A stretch of 54,133 nt of DNA from NCBI GenBank assembly GCA_039920225.1, contig JBDSED010000028.1:1-54133 (forward strand), written 5' to 3'. Shown here in pieces: positions 18,135 to 29,008 of the stretch; within the stretch, counting starts at the first letter, position 1; every line of letters starts with the position of its first letter. The notes under the pieces were generated by a model. It ran no database searches, was not told the origin of the DNA, and saw nothing but the letters and a program-made list of their open reading frames with translations. Position numbers and translations under genes: made by a program. The DNA is from Sphingomonas sp. GTDB lineage: Bacteria; Pseudomonadota; Alphaproteobacteria; Sphingomonadales; Sphingomonadaceae.

Positions 18135-18617
18135 TCAGAGCTGTTCAAGCAGGTGCTCGGCAGAGCTAACCTTGAATTCTCCTGGAGCCTCGACATTGAG
18201 CTCCGTCACGACCCCGTCTTCGACGATCATCGAATAACGCTGGCTGCGCTCGCCCATGCCGAACTTGCTGCCGTCCATCGTCAGTCCGACCGCCTTGGCG
18301 AACTCGCCGTTGCCGTCGGCCAGCATCGTGACCTTGTCGCCTGCATCGTTGACTTTGCCCCACGCGCCCATCACGAACGCGTCGTTGACCGAGGTAAAAG
18401 CGATCTCGTCGATGCCCTTCGCCCTGATCTCCTCGGCCTTGTCCAAGAACCCGGGCAAGTGCCGCGCTGAACAGGTCGGCGTGAACGCGCCGGGCACCGC
18501 GATCAGCGCGACCTTGCGGCCGGCGAAGAATTCGTCGGAGCTGACCGCTTCGGGCCCGTTTTCGGTTGCTTTGACGATGGTGGTCGAGGGCAGCTTGTCG
18601 CCGACGGAAACGCTCAT
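18135..18617 (-). CDS. Peroxiredoxin (Prx5/Redoxin type)
   Basis: VPGAFTPTCSARHLPG, SVNDAFVM.AW, RSQRYSM. Confidence 0.93.
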   Translation of the reverse strand: MSVSVGDKLPSTTIVKATENGPEAVSSDEFFAGRKVALIAVPGAFTPTCSARHLPGFLDKAEEIRAKGIDEIAFTSVNDAFVMGAWGKVNDAGDKVTMLADGNGEFAKAVGLTMDGSKFGMGERSQRYSMIVEDGVVTELNVEAPGEFKVSSAEHLLEQL

Positions 18618-18708
18618 GTCATGTTCTCCCATGGTGTCGCAGCGCAATTGGCGTTCCGGCAGTTAATTTCAAGCGGTGACGAATAGGTGACGGTCCGCCT
18701 ATTATGCC

Positions 18709-19272
18709 GTGATGGAGTCGGCGCGCTTCCTGGTTGGACAATTTCTGCTTGCGATGCCGGGAATTGGCGACCCGCGCTTCGAGCAGGCGGTAATCGCGAT
18801 GTGCGGGCACGATGAAGAGGGCGCGATTGGCATCGGGATCGGCGTCCAACTCGAAGGACTGGGCCTACACGACGTGCTCGACCAGTTCGAGATCGACCAT
18901 GGCGCCGCGCCGAACGCGCCGGTCCATTTCGGTGGGCCGGTCGAGCCCCGGCGCGGGTTCGTGATCCATTCGACCGACTGGGGCGGGCAGGATACGATTG
19001 ATGTCGCCGGGCGCTGGGCGCTGTCAGGGACGATCGACGTGTTGCGCGCGATCGCCGAAGGGAAGGGGCCGAGCCGCTGGATCGTCGCTCTGGGCTACGC
19101 CGGGTGGGGCGCAGGACAGCTCGACGGCGAGATGCTGCGCCACGGGTGGTTCAACGTGACGGCGAACAACGGCCTGATCTACGACACCGCTGCGGACGAT
19201 CGCTGGGCAGCAGGGTATGCCAGCGCGGGCATCGACCCGCGCCTGCTCGTGCCGGAGACGGGGACGGCGTGA
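18709..19272 (+). CDS. YqgE/AlgH-family protein
   Basis: LLAMPGIGDPRF, GGPVE..RGFVIH, ALGYAGWGAGQL. Confidence 0.92.
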   Translation: MMESARFLVGQFLLAMPGIGDPRFEQAVIAMCGHDEEGAIGIGIGVQLEGLGLHDVLDQFEIDHGAAPNAPVHFGGPVEPRRGFVIHSTDWGGQDTIDVAGRWALSGTIDVLRAIAEGKGPSRWIVALGYAGWGAGQLDGEMLRHGWFNVTANNGLIYDTAADDRWAAGYASAGIDPRLLVPETGTA

Positions 19273-19952
19273 ACCACCCGCTCGATCGTCCGGTCTGGGG
19301 CAGCCTGACGACAGGTTGGGCGAGCCTGGCGGAAGGGAATGATCGGGCGCTGCGGCTCGACCGCAGGCACGGCGTATTCGGCGCGGCGGTGGACCGATCG
19401 GCGGAGAGTCTCGCAGTGCTAGGCGCACTGGTGCCGCCCGACGGCGCGCTATGGCTTGTCGAGTGCGACGCATGGCAAGCACCGCCCGGGACGCGCATCG
19501 AGCGTGTGGCTGATTTGGTGCAGATGGTCTGCGACGTGCCCGTGTCGCCGCCGACGCCCGCGTTCGAGATCGTCGATCTCACCGACTCCGACGCGCCAGA
19601 GATGCTCGCGCTGGCGACGCTGACCAAGCCCGGCCCGTTCGTCCGCCACACCAACCGGCTAGGGCATTTCGTCGGTGTCCGCGTCCACGGCGATCTCGTT
19701 GCGATGGCGGGCGAGAGAATGAAGCTGCCGGGCTGGAGCGAGGTCAGCGGGGTCTGCACGCATCCCGATCATCGCGGGCGCGGCTATGCTGCCGGTCTGA
19801 TGCGCACCGTCGCGGCGCGGATGACCGCACGCGGGGAGACGCCTTGGCTGACCTCATATAAGAGCAATGCTGGTGCCATCGCATTGTATGAGACCCTCGG
19901 ATTTCGCCATCGGGCCGACATGATCGCGATCGTCCTGGTTAGCGACATATAA
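19269..19952 (+). CDS. GNAT acetyltransferase (FR47-like)
   Basis: [47 protein letters not shown] start overlaps the upstream stop. Confidence 0.9.
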   Translation: MNHPLDRPVWGSLTTGWASLAEGNDRALRLDRRHGVFGAAVDRSAESLAVLGALVPPDGALWLVECDAWQAPPGTRIERVADLVQMVCDVPVSPPTPAFEIVDLTDSDAPEMLALATLTKPGPFVRHTNRLGHFVGVRVHGDLVAMAGERMKLPGWSEVSGVCTHPDHRGRGYAAGLMRTVAARMTARGETPWLTSYKSNAGAIALYETLGFRHRADMIAIVLVSDI

Positions 19953-19966
19953 AGAAATCTTTATAT
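19947..19966. promoter_or_regulatory. Palindromic operator upstream of ahcY, likely a SahR-type box
   Basis: ATATAAAGA-aa-TCTTTATAT with perfect 9-bp arms, 68 nt before ahcY. SahR (ArsR family) is a known regulator of ahcY in Proteobacteria. Confidence 0.75.
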
Positions 19967-20034
19967 CCCGGTTGCAATCGCCCGCGCGAGCCTGTAGGGC
20001 GCGCGGCATCAATCCATTTTCGGAGAATTTTGAC

Positions 20035-21438
20035 GTGGCCACCGTGCTCGATCGCAACGATTATGTCGTCAAGGACATCAGCCTTTCGGATTTCGGCCGC
20101 GCCGAGATCAACATTGCCGAGACCGAGATGCCGGGCCTTATGGCGCTTCGCTCCGAATTCGGTGCGTCGCAGCCGCTCAAGGGCGCGCGCATCACCGGTT
20201 CGCTCCACATGACGATCCAGACCGCGGTGCTGATCGAGACGCTGACCGCGCTCGGCGCCACGGTGCGCTGGGCGACGTGCAACATCTATTCGACGCAGGA
20301 CCATGCCGCCGCCGCGATCGCCGCGACCGGCGTGCCGGTGTTTGCGATCAAGGGTGAAAGCCTGGCTGAGTATTGGGATTATGTCGGCTCGATCTTCGAT
20401 TGGGGCGACGAGACCTGCAACATGATCCTCGACGACGGCGGCGACGCGACGGCGTTCGCGCTGTGGGGTGCCAAGCTCGAGGCCGGCCATTCGTTCGCCG
20501 AGCCGGAAAACGAGGAAGAGGTCGAGATGCAGCGCGCGGTGAAGGAATTCATCAAGCGCAAGCCCGGCTACCTCACCGAGACCGTCAAGAACATCAAGGG
20601 CGTGTCGGAAGAGACCACCACCGGCGTCCACCGCCTGTACGCGATCGCCAAGAAGGGCGAGCTGCCGTTCCCGGCGATCAACGTCAACGACAGCGTGACC
20701 AAGTCGAAGTTCGACAACCTTTACGGCTGCAAGGAGTCGCTGGTGGACGCGATCCGTCGCGGGACCGACGTGATGCTCGCCGGCAAGGTGGCTTGCGTTG
20801 CCGGCTTCGGCGACGTCGGCAAGGGCTCGGCGCAGTCGCTCCGCAACGGCGGCGCGCGCGTGATGGTGACCGAAGTCGATCCGATCTGCGCGCTGCAGGC
20901 TGCGATGGAGGGCTTCGAAGTCGTGACCATGGAAGAGGCCGTGACTCGCGCCGACATCTTCTGCACCGCGACCGGCAACGCCGACGTGATCACCGCCGAG
21001 CATATGGCCGGCATGAAGAACATGGCGATCGTCTGCAACATCGGTCACTTCGACAGCGAAATCCAGATTTCGGGCCTGTCGAACTACAAGTGGACCGAAG
21101 TGAAGCCGCAGGTCGATCTGGTCGAGTTCCCCGATGGCAAGCAGATCATCATCCTGTCGCGTGGCCGTCTCGTGAACCTGGGCAACGCGACGGGCCATCC
21201 GTCGTTCGTGATGTCGGCGTCGTTCACCAACCAGACGCTGGCGCAGATCGAGCTGTTCACCAACCCGGGGCAGTACAACAACGACGTGTACGTCCTGCCC
21301 AAGCATCTTGACGAGAAGGTCGCCGAGCTTCACCTCGCGAAGCTGGGCGTGAAGTTGACCAAGCTGTCGCAGAAGCAGGCCGACTATATCGGTGTGCCGG
21401 TCGAAGGGCCGTTCAAGCCCGATCACTACCGCTACTGA
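20035..21438 (+). CDS. ahcY: Adenosylhomocysteinase
   Basis: [53 protein letters not shown]. Start placed at GTG 20035. Confidence 0.97.
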   Translation: MATVLDRNDYVVKDISLSDFGRAEINIAETEMPGLMALRSEFGASQPLKGARITGSLHMTIQTAVLIETLTALGATVRWATCNIYSTQDHAAAAIAATGVPVFAIKGESLAEYWDYVGSIFDWGDETCNMILDDGGDATAFALWGAKLEAGHSFAEPENEEEVEMQRAVKEFIKRKPGYLTETVKNIKGVSEETTTGVHRLYAIAKKGELPFPAINVNDSVTKSKFDNLYGCKESLVDAIRRGTDVMLAGKVACVAGFGDVGKGSAQSLRNGGARVMVTEVDPICALQAAMEGFEVVTMEEAVTRADIFCTATGNADVITAEHMAGMKNMAIVCNIGHFDSEIQISGLSNYKWTEVKPQVDLVEFPDGKQIIILSRGRLVNLGNATGHPSFVMSASFTNQTLAQIELFTNPGQYNNDVYVLPKHLDEKVAELHLAKLGVKLTKLSQKQADYIGVPVEGPFKPDHYRY

Positions 21439-21458
21439 TCGCGCGCCGCGCAATCGTT

Positions 21459-21492
21459 AAAAGCCGCGTCCGGTCACCGGGCGCGGCTTTTT
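21459..21492. terminator. Bidirectional intrinsic terminator
   Basis: aaaagccgcgtccgg-tca-ccgggcgcggcttttt between convergent ahcY and the tad genes. Confidence 0.85.
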
Positions 21493-21504
21493 AGTGCCTG
21501 GCGC

Positions 21505-22224
21505 TCACGCAGCGTACAGGTTGCAGGTTGCGCGCGTCGCGGTCGGCGACGGGTTGTAGATCTGCACGAAGTCGCGATTGTCGCGGACCACGAACGACGC
21601 GATGTAATGGATGCGAGCGGCCCCGAACAACCACTGACCCACGACTGGTTTATAGTCGTAGTTGATCTCGACGAAGATCACGCCGCCGTTTACGGGGGCG
21701 CTGACCTGATCACCGGGGTCGCCCATGCCGGCTGGCGCCAGCGTACCGGCATTCGCGGGCGTGGCGTCGGTCCCCGCCGTCGTCGTCGTAGTACCATAGC
21801 TCGAATCGTAGTTGGTGCCCGATTTCGTGCCGATACAGCGCTGCCAATGGATGCGCTGCGTGCCCGAGGCATTCCTTTCCAGGCTCGACATGGTGATGCG
21901 GCCACGCGTGGTCAGGTTGATGCTCGCGCCTTGATTGCGGGCGGCTTGGAGCACGTCGTTCAAGTCGATTTCGCGCAATTGTTCGATATTCGCGTTGCTG
22001 ATCAACCCGACGCGCGATCCGTTGTCGGCGAGGTTGAGTGCGATCTGGCTGACCTTCAGGTTGATCAGCGCCTGATTGGCGGTCTCGATGCCGTATAGGC
22101 CGATCATCAGCACGATCGGCGCGGAGAAGGCGAATTCGAGCATCGCGAGACCGCTGGTGTCGCGCGAAAGTCGCCGCTTGGTGCGCGTCAGGCTCGAAAG
22201 CGTTGAGCGAATAGTCGTCATCAT
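21505..22224 (-). CDS. TadE/TadF-like minor pilin
   Basis: RDTSG|LAMLEFAFSAP prepilin cleavage motif with Glu at +5. Confidence 0.85.
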   Translation of the reverse strand: MMTTIRSTLSSLTRTKRRLSRDTSGLAMLEFAFSAPIVLMIGLYGIETANQALINLKVSQIALNLADNGSRVGLISNANIEQLREIDLNDVLQAARNQGASINLTTRGRITMSSLERNASGTQRIHWQRCIGTKSGTNYDSSYGTTTTTAGTDATPANAGTLAPAGMGDPGDQVSAPVNGGVIFVEINYDYKPVVGQWLFGAARIHYIASFVVRDNRDFVQIYNPSPTATRATCNLYAA

Positions 22225-22805
22225 GTGCACACCGTGGCGGGCGTCACCGTGGTTTGCGACGCGTAGGGCTGATTCTTGAGCAGGGTCGACGCGGTGATCG
22301 TCTGCGTGGATGGCCAGCCGAACAGGCCGGTGACTGGGAACAGGTGGGGATAGGTGACGGTCGCGGTGTACACCGTGACGTCGTTGGCGCCGCCCTGACC
22401 GTTCTCGCCCGGATCGGCGTCCCACTGATTGTTGGCATTGATGTCGGTGTAACACTCGCCGGTATTGCGCACGCCGTTGCCGTTTGTATCGACGAAGGGC
22501 TCGGGCTTGATCACGCTGAACGAATCGTAATTCTTCCGCGTGAAACTGATCGTCGCGTTCTTGGCGATGTTTCTGACCATAGCCGAAACCTTGCCGTCGA
22601 TTATCGCGGTCGCGTTGGCACCGCCCTGGATCGCGGAGTCGCGAGCAGCCTTTTGCATGGCGCCGTTGAGGATCGACTGGGCGTACACCTGATACCCCAT
22701 ATCGCCGAGGCCCATCATCATCAGGATCATGACGGGGGACACAAGCGCGAATTCGACGATCGTCGCGCCTCGCGTGTCGCGACGGAGGGAGCGAAGCGCA
22801 GCCAT
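22221..22805 (-). CDS. TadE-like minor pilin
   Basis: RRDTRG|ATIVEFALVSP, AARDS. Confidence 0.88.
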   Translation of the reverse strand: MAALRSLRRDTRGATIVEFALVSPVMILMMMGLGDMGYQVYAQSILNGAMQKAARDSAIQGGANATAIIDGKVSAMVRNIAKNATISFTRKNYDSFSVIKPEPFVDTNGNGVRNTGECYTDINANNQWDADPGENGQGGANDVTVYTATVTYPHLFPVTGLFGWPSTQTITASTLLKNQPYASQTTVTPATVCT

Positions 22806-24688
22806 CACTGCGAAATCCGGAGCAGCGCGACCTGCTTGGCGATGTCCTGCAACGCTTGGTTCAGCGCCGCATTGTCGCTGGCGTAATAGGCCTTGCCGGG
22901 CGAGGCGCATTGCGTCAGCTCGGTCGTCAGCGTCTGGCCGAACCCGATCACGAACACCTTGATGTTACGCGCCTTCGCCGCGGCGCATTCCGCCAGGAAG
23001 CGTGCGTTGTGATAGGCAGTGTCTTGCCCGGTTCCCGCCGACCCGGTCACGCGCTTGTCGTAATATTCCATACCATACATGCCGTAGATGTTGAAGTTCG
23101 GTGCCATGTCGCCGTCCGTCATGAAGACGATGTAGCGGTTCGGCGTGTTACGACCGGGCCAGGCAGCAGTGTCCGACGAGAAGATGCCGGTCGGCGAGAT
23201 CATCCGCGTGCCCCAGATCATGCCGGTGTCGTGATAAGTCCCGCCCTGGGGCACGAAGTCGCTGGCATTGACGAAATTGCTGACATCGGATCGCGACATT
23301 ACGGCCAGCCGCAAGACGGGTTTGCCGCACGACACGTAGCCAGCCGACAGATAGGCTGGCGTCCCGACCGAAACCGGATTGCTGCCATCGTCGCGGTCGC
23401 CATAGATATACGGCGCCGTTGGAGCGGATGTTTGCAGGGTCTTGTTGCCCGAATAGTCGTACGTCGAGTTGTTGCCGCGGTAATAGACCACATCCGGCCA
23501 CATCGGGCGCCATTTGGTGCTATCGCTGGTCGCCGGCAGGTCGGGATCGAGGTCGGGCGGCAGATTATTGACGTCGAAGGTTGCCGTTGCCGTCGTGTCG
23601 CGCTCTTCGACACAGCCCTGCCACTTGCTGGTTGAGCCGTCGAGTTTGCTCGGGTCGTCCACTGTCGCGCCCGTCTTGTACTGGCTCGTGTCAAAGGTGA
23701 CCGGCTGATAGCGCCAGGTCGGCTTCAACGGCTGGTTTGTGATCCTGCAGACGCCGCTGTTGGCGGAGGGCAGCTTATTGACAGTATATTGTGTCGCCTG
23801 TCCGGTGGCCGTGAAGCCGGCACTGGGCGAGCGGCCCGCCAAAGCGGTGCATTGAGCGTCAGTCTTGCTGGCATAGTCCGTCGTAGAGGACGTGCCGTTA
23901 TTGGCGTCCGCAAGTACCGAGCGGGACTGGTAGCTCCAGCTGTCCACGATCGCACTCGACGGCAACGCATAGCCGGCATTGACCGTCGACGTGTACGTCA
24001 CGAACCCGTAGCGAACGTGTGTCGTCGGATCGATGTTCGCTGCAATCGTGTCGTAGAAGTTGAGTACCGCGGTGCGCAGCCCCGAAATTTTCGACCCCGA
24101 CGCTTCGCGGGCGTGATAACCGGTCGTTCCGTCGGGTCGGGTATAGCTGTCGACCGCACCCGTGCAGGTGCCCCCCGTCGTGCACGCCATCGAGCCAGTC
24201 GTGTCGAGGACGAACATCAGGTCAGTGTCGGCGACATCGTAGCGCGCCTCGCACGTGACGTTCAGCGTCACGTCGGGCGCGGCGAACATTTTCATGATGC
24301 TCATCGGCACGTTTGCGGATGCGACGCCGCTGACTTGCTGGTCGGTGGTCTTGGACGGCGTGAAGCTAACCGTGTCGGTTTTCATCCAGCCGGATTTGAA
24401 GTTGTTGGTGAACGAACTCGTGGCCTGCGTCGCAGCGTTGCTGTCGAGCGTGGTTGAGGCCGACGAGATCATCGCCTTCCGCCCGGCGAGCACGCCGGCG
24501 TCGCAAGCCTGTTGCAACCTGACCTTGACGACATACAGTCGGGCGGTGTCGATGCCCGATCCCACCATCGCCGAAATCGGGATTAGGGCGATCGCCATCA
24601 TCGCAAGCGTATTGCCGCGCACGTCGTGGCGCAGCCGCCCCATCGTTGACGACCCGCGTGTCGGCTTGCGACTATTTGGTCCGTTCAT
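22805..24688 (-). CDS. tadG: TadG-like pilus protein with a vWA domain
   Basis: RHDVRG|NTL, RLQQACDAGVLAG, FVLDTTGSM (MIDAS-like), FMTDG. Confidence 0.85.
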   Translation of the reverse strand: MNGPNSRKPTRGSSTMGRLRHDVRGNTLAMMAIALIPISAMVGSGIDTARLYVVKVRLQQACDAGVLAGRKAMISSASTTLDSNAATQATSSFTNNFKSGWMKTDTVSFTPSKTTDQQVSGVASANVPMSIMKMFAAPDVTLNVTCEARYDVADTDLMFVLDTTGSMACTTGGTCTGAVDSYTRPDGTTGYHAREASGSKISGLRTAVLNFYDTIAANIDPTTHVRYGFVTYTSTVNAGYALPSSAIVDSWSYQSRSVLADANNGTSSTTDYASKTDAQCTALAGRSPSAGFTATGQATQYTVNKLPSANSGVCRITNQPLKPTWRYQPVTFDTSQYKTGATVDDPSKLDGSTSKWQGCVEERDTTATATFDVNNLPPDLDPDLPATSDSTKWRPMWPDVVYYRGNNSTYDYSGNKTLQTSAPTAPYIYGDRDDGSNPVSVGTPAYLSAGYVSCGKPVLRLAVMSRSDVSNFVNASDFVPQGGTYHDTGMIWGTRMISPTGIFSSDTAAWPGRNTPNRYIVFMTDGDMAPNFNIYGMYGMEYYDKRVTGSAGTGQDTAYHNARFLAECAAAKARNIKVFVIGFGQTLTTELTQCASPGKAYYASDNAALNQALQDIAKQVALLRISQ

Positions 24689-24763
24689 CTGCCCCGTTCC
24701 GCCTGATAAAGTCCCACAAGCGTGCGCTATGGCGTCCGCAGGGATAACGGCCGCTAAAGACGA

Positions 24764-25420
24764 ATGGTTAATGTTACGGTGACGGCGATTGAGGATCCGG
24801 AGCGGGCACTGGCGCTGAGTTACGCGCCGCCCGACCGGCGCGCTGCGCTCAACGCGTTGTTCGCGCTAGACGCTGCGCTGGGGCAAGTGCTCCGGACGAC
24901 GCGCGAACCCATGGTCGGGCAGATGCGGCTGGCATGGTGGCGCGAAGCGCTGGCGCGGCTCGACAGCGCCCCGCCGCCGGCGGAGCCCGTGCTGCAGGCG
25001 CTGGCGATGGCGGTGATGCCGCTCGGACCCACGGGGCAGGCGCTGGCCGCCATGGCGGATGGCTGGGAGGTGTTGCTCGGTACGATCGACGAGGGGACGA
25101 TCGCCGATCATGGGCGGCTGCGGGGCGAAAGCCTGTTCGAGCAGGCAGGAGTCGTGCTCGGCGCCGGTACAGACCCGCTAGCCGTGGCCGGGCAGGGATG
25201 GGCATTGGCCGACCTCGCAGCGCATCTCAGCGAACCTGCATCGGCCGCCCGCGCACGCGACGCCGCGATCCCGTTGCTCGATAGTGCGACCCGCCACCGC
25301 TGGAGCCGCGCGGGACGAGCGCTGGGGGCGTTGACGCACATCGCGCGGCTGAACCTCGCCGGACCGCCAACGCCGTCGCGCGTCGTTCGGCTCGCATGGC
25401 ATCGGCTGAGCGGGCGCTAG
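24764..25420 (+). CDS. Squalene/phytoene synthase-family (NDUFAF6-like) protein
   Basis: DPERALALSYAP, REPMVGQMRLAWWREAL. No DDxxD motif. Confidence 0.75.
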   Translation: MVNVTVTAIEDPERALALSYAPPDRRAALNALFALDAALGQVLRTTREPMVGQMRLAWWREALARLDSAPPPAEPVLQALAMAVMPLGPTGQALAAMADGWEVLLGTIDEGTIADHGRLRGESLFEQAGVVLGAGTDPLAVAGQGWALADLAAHLSEPASAARARDAAIPLLDSATRHRWSRAGRALGALTHIARLNLAGPPTPSRVVRLAWHRLSGR

Positions 25421-25481
25421 CCTTTACCATATAAAATTACGCGATAATCTGCTGCGCTTCGACACTTAGGGGGGCAGCACG

Positions 25482-25964
25482 ATGTGGCGGTATCTGGCAG
25501 GGGCGGGGGCGGGCGCATTGTTGGTGGCCGCGGGGATGATGCTCCAGGCGATACGGCCCGCGGCCGTCGCGCCGCTTGCCGCGATGCCGGCGGCGAGCGC
25601 TGCGACGAGCGAGGGTCGGAGCGCCGCCGATCCGGCCGTGCCCGAAGCCACCGCCAAGACGCGCGAGGAAAAGCGGTTCAACCGCTACGACAAGGACCGC
25701 AACGGCGCGATCACGCGTGACGAATATCTGGCTTCGCGCAAGAAAGCCTATGGCAAGCTCGACAAGGACGGCAACGGCATCCTCTCGTTCGACGAATGGG
25801 CGGTGAAGGCCGAAACCAAATTCGCCACCGCCGACGCCGACAAATCGGGCGTGATGAACGCAGCCGAATTCGCCACCACGGCGGTCAAGCGCAAGCCGCA
25901 GGCTAAGATCAATTGCCCGGATAAACCGGCGCCCGCCGACGACAATCGCGACGATGATTCCTAA
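25482..25964 (+). CDS. Exported EF-hand protein
   Basis: N-terminal hydrophobic segment followed by [24 protein letters not shown] and [12 protein letters not shown] loops. Confidence 0.85.
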   Translation: MWRYLAGAGAGALLVAAGMMLQAIRPAAVAPLAAMPAASAATSEGRSAADPAVPEATAKTREEKRFNRYDKDRNGAITRDEYLASRKKAYGKLDKDGNGILSFDEWAVKAETKFATADADKSGVMNAAEFATTAVKRKPQAKINCPDKPAPADDNRDDDS

Positions 25965-27271
25965 GCGGCCATCCATTCGGCCAACGCGGCGCGAGCGCGG
26001 TCGGTGTACATCTTCTTGCGGTCGGCTTTCTTGGTGCGCCCGGGGATCGGCGGCATCAACCCGAAATTGACGTTCATCGGCTGATAGGTCGCAGCCTCGG
26101 CCGCGCCGGTGATGTGGTGGAGCAGCGCGCCGAACGCGGTCTCGACCGGCGGCGGTGTCATGACGTCACCGCGCAGTTCGGCGGCGGCAAACCTGCCCGC
26201 GAGCAACCCGATCGCGGCGCTTTCGACATAACCCTCGCACCCGGTGATCTGGCCGGCGAAGCGGATGTTGGGGCGCGACTTGAGCCGCAGCGTGGGGTCG
26301 AGCAGTTCGGGCGAGCGGATGAACGTATTGCGGTGCAGCCCGCCCAGCCGCGCGAATTCTGCATTCTCGAGCCCCGGGATCGTGCGGAACAGCCGAACCT
26401 GCTCGGCATGTTTCAGCTTCGTCTGGAACCCGACGATGTTCCACAACGTCCCGCTGGCGTTATCCTGGCGCAGCTGGACGCACGCGTAGGGCCAGCGCCC
26501 GGTGCGCGGATCGTCGAGCCCGACGCCCTTCATCGGCCCGAAGCGAAGCGTCTCCGGCCCGCGCTCGGCCATCACCTCGATCGGCATGCAGCCCTCGAAG
26601 TAGGGCGTATCTTTCTCCCACTCGCGAAACTCGCCCTTTTCGCCGTCATTCAGCCCCTGGACGAACGCGTGGTACTGATCCTTGTCGAGGGGGCAGTTGA
26701 TGTAATCGTCGCCCCCCTTGTTCCACCGCGCCTGGCGCCACGCGATGCTCATATCGATGCTGTCGTGATGCACGATGGGGGCGATCGCATCGAAGAAAGC
26801 GAGGGCATCGCTGCCGGTTGCGGCGCCGATGCTGGCGGCCAATCCCGCAGCGGTAAGGGGACCTGTGGCAATGATCGCGGGGCCATCGGGCAGTGTATCG
26901 ACGCGTTCGCGGACGATCTCGATATTGGGATGCGCCGCCAGCCGCGCGGTGACGGCCGCCGAAAAACCATCGCGGTCAACGGCAAGCGCTGACCCGGCCG
27001 GCACCTTGTGTCGATCGCCCTCCGCCATAATGATCGACCCGAACGCGCGCATCTCCGCGTGGAGCAGCCCGACCGCGTTATGCTCGGCGTCGTCGGAGCG
27101 AAAACTGTTCGAGCAAACCAGTTCGGCCAGGCTGTCGGTCTGGTGCGCCGGCGTCATGTCGCCGCTCCCGCGCATTTCGGACAGCCTCACGCGGACGCCG
27201 GCCTCGGCGAGCTGCCAGGCGGCTTCGGAACCGGCCAGACCGCCGCCGATGATGTGAATGTCGTGGGTCAT
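25961..27271 (-). CDS. trmFO: Folate/FAD-dependent tRNA m5U54 methyltransferase
   Basis: [48 protein letters not shown]. Confidence 0.96.
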   Translation of the reverse strand: MTHDIHIIGGGLAGSEAAWQLAEAGVRVRLSEMRGSGDMTPAHQTDSLAELVCSNSFRSDDAEHNAVGLLHAEMRAFGSIIMAEGDRHKVPAGSALAVDRDGFSAAVTARLAAHPNIEIVRERVDTLPDGPAIIATGPLTAAGLAASIGAATGSDALAFFDAIAPIVHHDSIDMSIAWRQARWNKGGDDYINCPLDKDQYHAFVQGLNDGEKGEFREWEKDTPYFEGCMPIEVMAERGPETLRFGPMKGVGLDDPRTGRWPYACVQLRQDNASGTLWNIVGFQTKLKHAEQVRLFRTIPGLENAEFARLGGLHRNTFIRSPELLDPTLRLKSRPNIRFAGQITGCEGYVESAAIGLLAGRFAAAELRGDVMTPPPVETAFGALLHHITGAAEAATYQPMNVNFGLMPPIPGRTKKADRKKMYTDRARAALAEWMAA

Positions 27272-28498
27272 CTAGCTCCGGTAATCGGCGTTGATCGAGA
27301 TATAGCCGTGAGTGAGGTCGCACGTCCAAACCGTCGCGCGGCCGTCGCCCAGGCCGAGATCGACGCCGATGTCGATCTCCTGTCCTTTGAGATGCGCGGC
27401 CACCGGGGCTTCATCATAGCCTTCGACCGCCAGCCCGTCCTTCGCCACTTGCGTCTCGCCGAAGCGGATCGCGAGCTTGTCGCGTTCGGCTGGCTCGCCA
27501 GCCTTGCCGACCGCCATTACCACGCGGCCCCAATTGGCATCCTCGCCCGCGATCGCGGTCTTCACGAGCGGTGAATTGGCGATGCTCATGCCGATGCGGT
27601 GTGCGCTGGCATGGCTCTCCGCGCCGGTCACGTCGATACGGATGAACTTGGACGCGCCTTCGCCATCGCGGACGACGAGATGCGCGAGCTGCAGGCAGAG
27701 ATCATCGAGCGCGGCGCGAAAGGCGTCGGTGCCGTGGTCGTCGTCATCCGCGATCGCGACATTGCCCGCCGCACCCGTCGCGAAAGCGAGCACGGTGTCG
27801 CTCGTCGAGGTGTCGCTATCGACCGTGATGCAGGAAAAGCTCTTGGTGTTGGCAGCCGACAGTGCCGATTGCAGCCACGCCGGGTCGACCGCCGCATCCG
27901 TGAACACGAAGCCGAGCATCGTCGCCATGTCGGGCATGATCATCCCCGACCCCTTGATCATCCCCACCAGACTCACCGTCCGATCGCCGATCACTGCGCG
28001 CGTCACCGCGACCTTGGCGAATGTGTCGGTGGTCATGATTGTCTCGGCCGCCGTGATCCAGTCGCACGGCTCGGCGGTGAAGGCGGCGGCCAGCCCGGCC
28101 TCCGCCTTGTCGAGCGGCAATGGCACGCCGATCACGCCGGTCGAGGCGACGAACACGTCGGACGGCTGGCATCCCATATGCTGCGCTACGCGCGCGACCA
28201 GCCCCTCGACGGCATGACGCCCACGATCACCGGTAAAGGCGTTGGAATTGCCGGCGTTCACCACCAGCGCGCGGGCGCGTCCGAGCACCAATGCCGCACG
28301 GCACCAATCCACCTCGGGCGACGCGCACTTGCTCTTGGTCAGCACCCCGGCGACCGTCGTTCCCGGCGTCAGTTCGACGTAGGTCAAGTCGCACCGGTCC
28401 CACGTCTTGTATCGCGCCCGCGCGACGCGGCGCGTGACGCCGGCGATCTCGGGCAGATCGGGCAAGGATGTCGGCGCGAGGGGCGAGCGATCGGTCAT
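27272..28498 (-). CDS. argJ: Ornithine acetyltransferase
   Basis: NAGNSNAFTG, KGSGMIMPDM|ATML autoproteolysis site, DGEGA, YISINADYRS. Confidence 0.96.
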   Translation of the reverse strand: MTDRSPLAPTSLPDLPEIAGVTRRVARARYKTWDRCDLTYVELTPGTTVAGVLTKSKCASPEVDWCRAALVLGRARALVVNAGNSNAFTGDRGRHAVEGLVARVAQHMGCQPSDVFVASTGVIGVPLPLDKAEAGLAAAFTAEPCDWITAAETIMTTDTFAKVAVTRAVIGDRTVSLVGMIKGSGMIMPDMATMLGFVFTDAAVDPAWLQSALSAANTKSFSCITVDSDTSTSDTVLAFATGAAGNVAIADDDDHGTDAFRAALDDLCLQLAHLVVRDGEGASKFIRIDVTGAESHASAHRIGMSIANSPLVKTAIAGEDANWGRVVMAVGKAGEPAERDKLAIRFGETQVAKDGLAVEGYDEAPVAAHLKGQEIDIGVDLGLGDGRATVWTCDLTHGYISINADYRS

Positions 28499-28576
28499 CC
28501 GTGCATTCCATAAAGATCGCGGGTGGTGACGCAATGCGCCGGATCGGCTAGCCATCTTCGCCGACAGGAGGGCGTC

Positions 28577-29008
28577 GTGCGTATCTCGATCGGTTCAGCC
28601 GCTATGGCGGCAATGATAGTTGCAACGCCGGCATTCGCGCAGGACGAGCCGCTGCCGCGCGCGACCCCGATCGGCAATCCGGGCAACTGGATACCGCCCA
28701 ACGCCTATCCACCCGGCGCGAAGGCATCAGCGGAAGAGGGGCGTGTCGCGTTCACACTCATGATCGACGAGACCGGCGCGGTGTCGGACTGCAAGGTCAA
28801 CGCGACGTCCGAATCGCCGCTGCTCGACGAGACCACATGCATGTTGATGAGCGCCAACGGCCGCTTCACCCCGCCGCGCGACAAGAAGAACAAGCCGACC
28901 GCGAGCCAGTGGAGTTCGTCGGTGCGGTGGAAGCTAGAGACCCCGCCGCCGGCGCCGACACCACCTCCCTCCTCGACAGGTAATCCGCCAACGAGTTCGC
29001 CGAAATGA
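28577..29008 (+). CDS. Exported TonB C-terminal domain protein
   Basis: Signal peptide, YPPGA..EEGRVAF, S..PLLD.TC, RFTP. AGGAGG lies before GTG 28577. Confidence 0.8.
   Translation: MRISIGSAAMAAMIVATPAFAQDEPLPRATPIGNPGNWIPPNAYPPGAKASAEEGRVAFTLMIDETGAVSDCKVNATSESPLLDETTCMLMSANGRFTPPRDKKNKPTASQWSSSVRWKLETPPPAPTPPPSSTGNPPTSSPK

Noticed and set aside
19953-20034. SAH/SAM riboswitch before ahcY
   Set aside because: The leader is short and I could not recognise a riboswitch core. The palindromic operator explains the region better.
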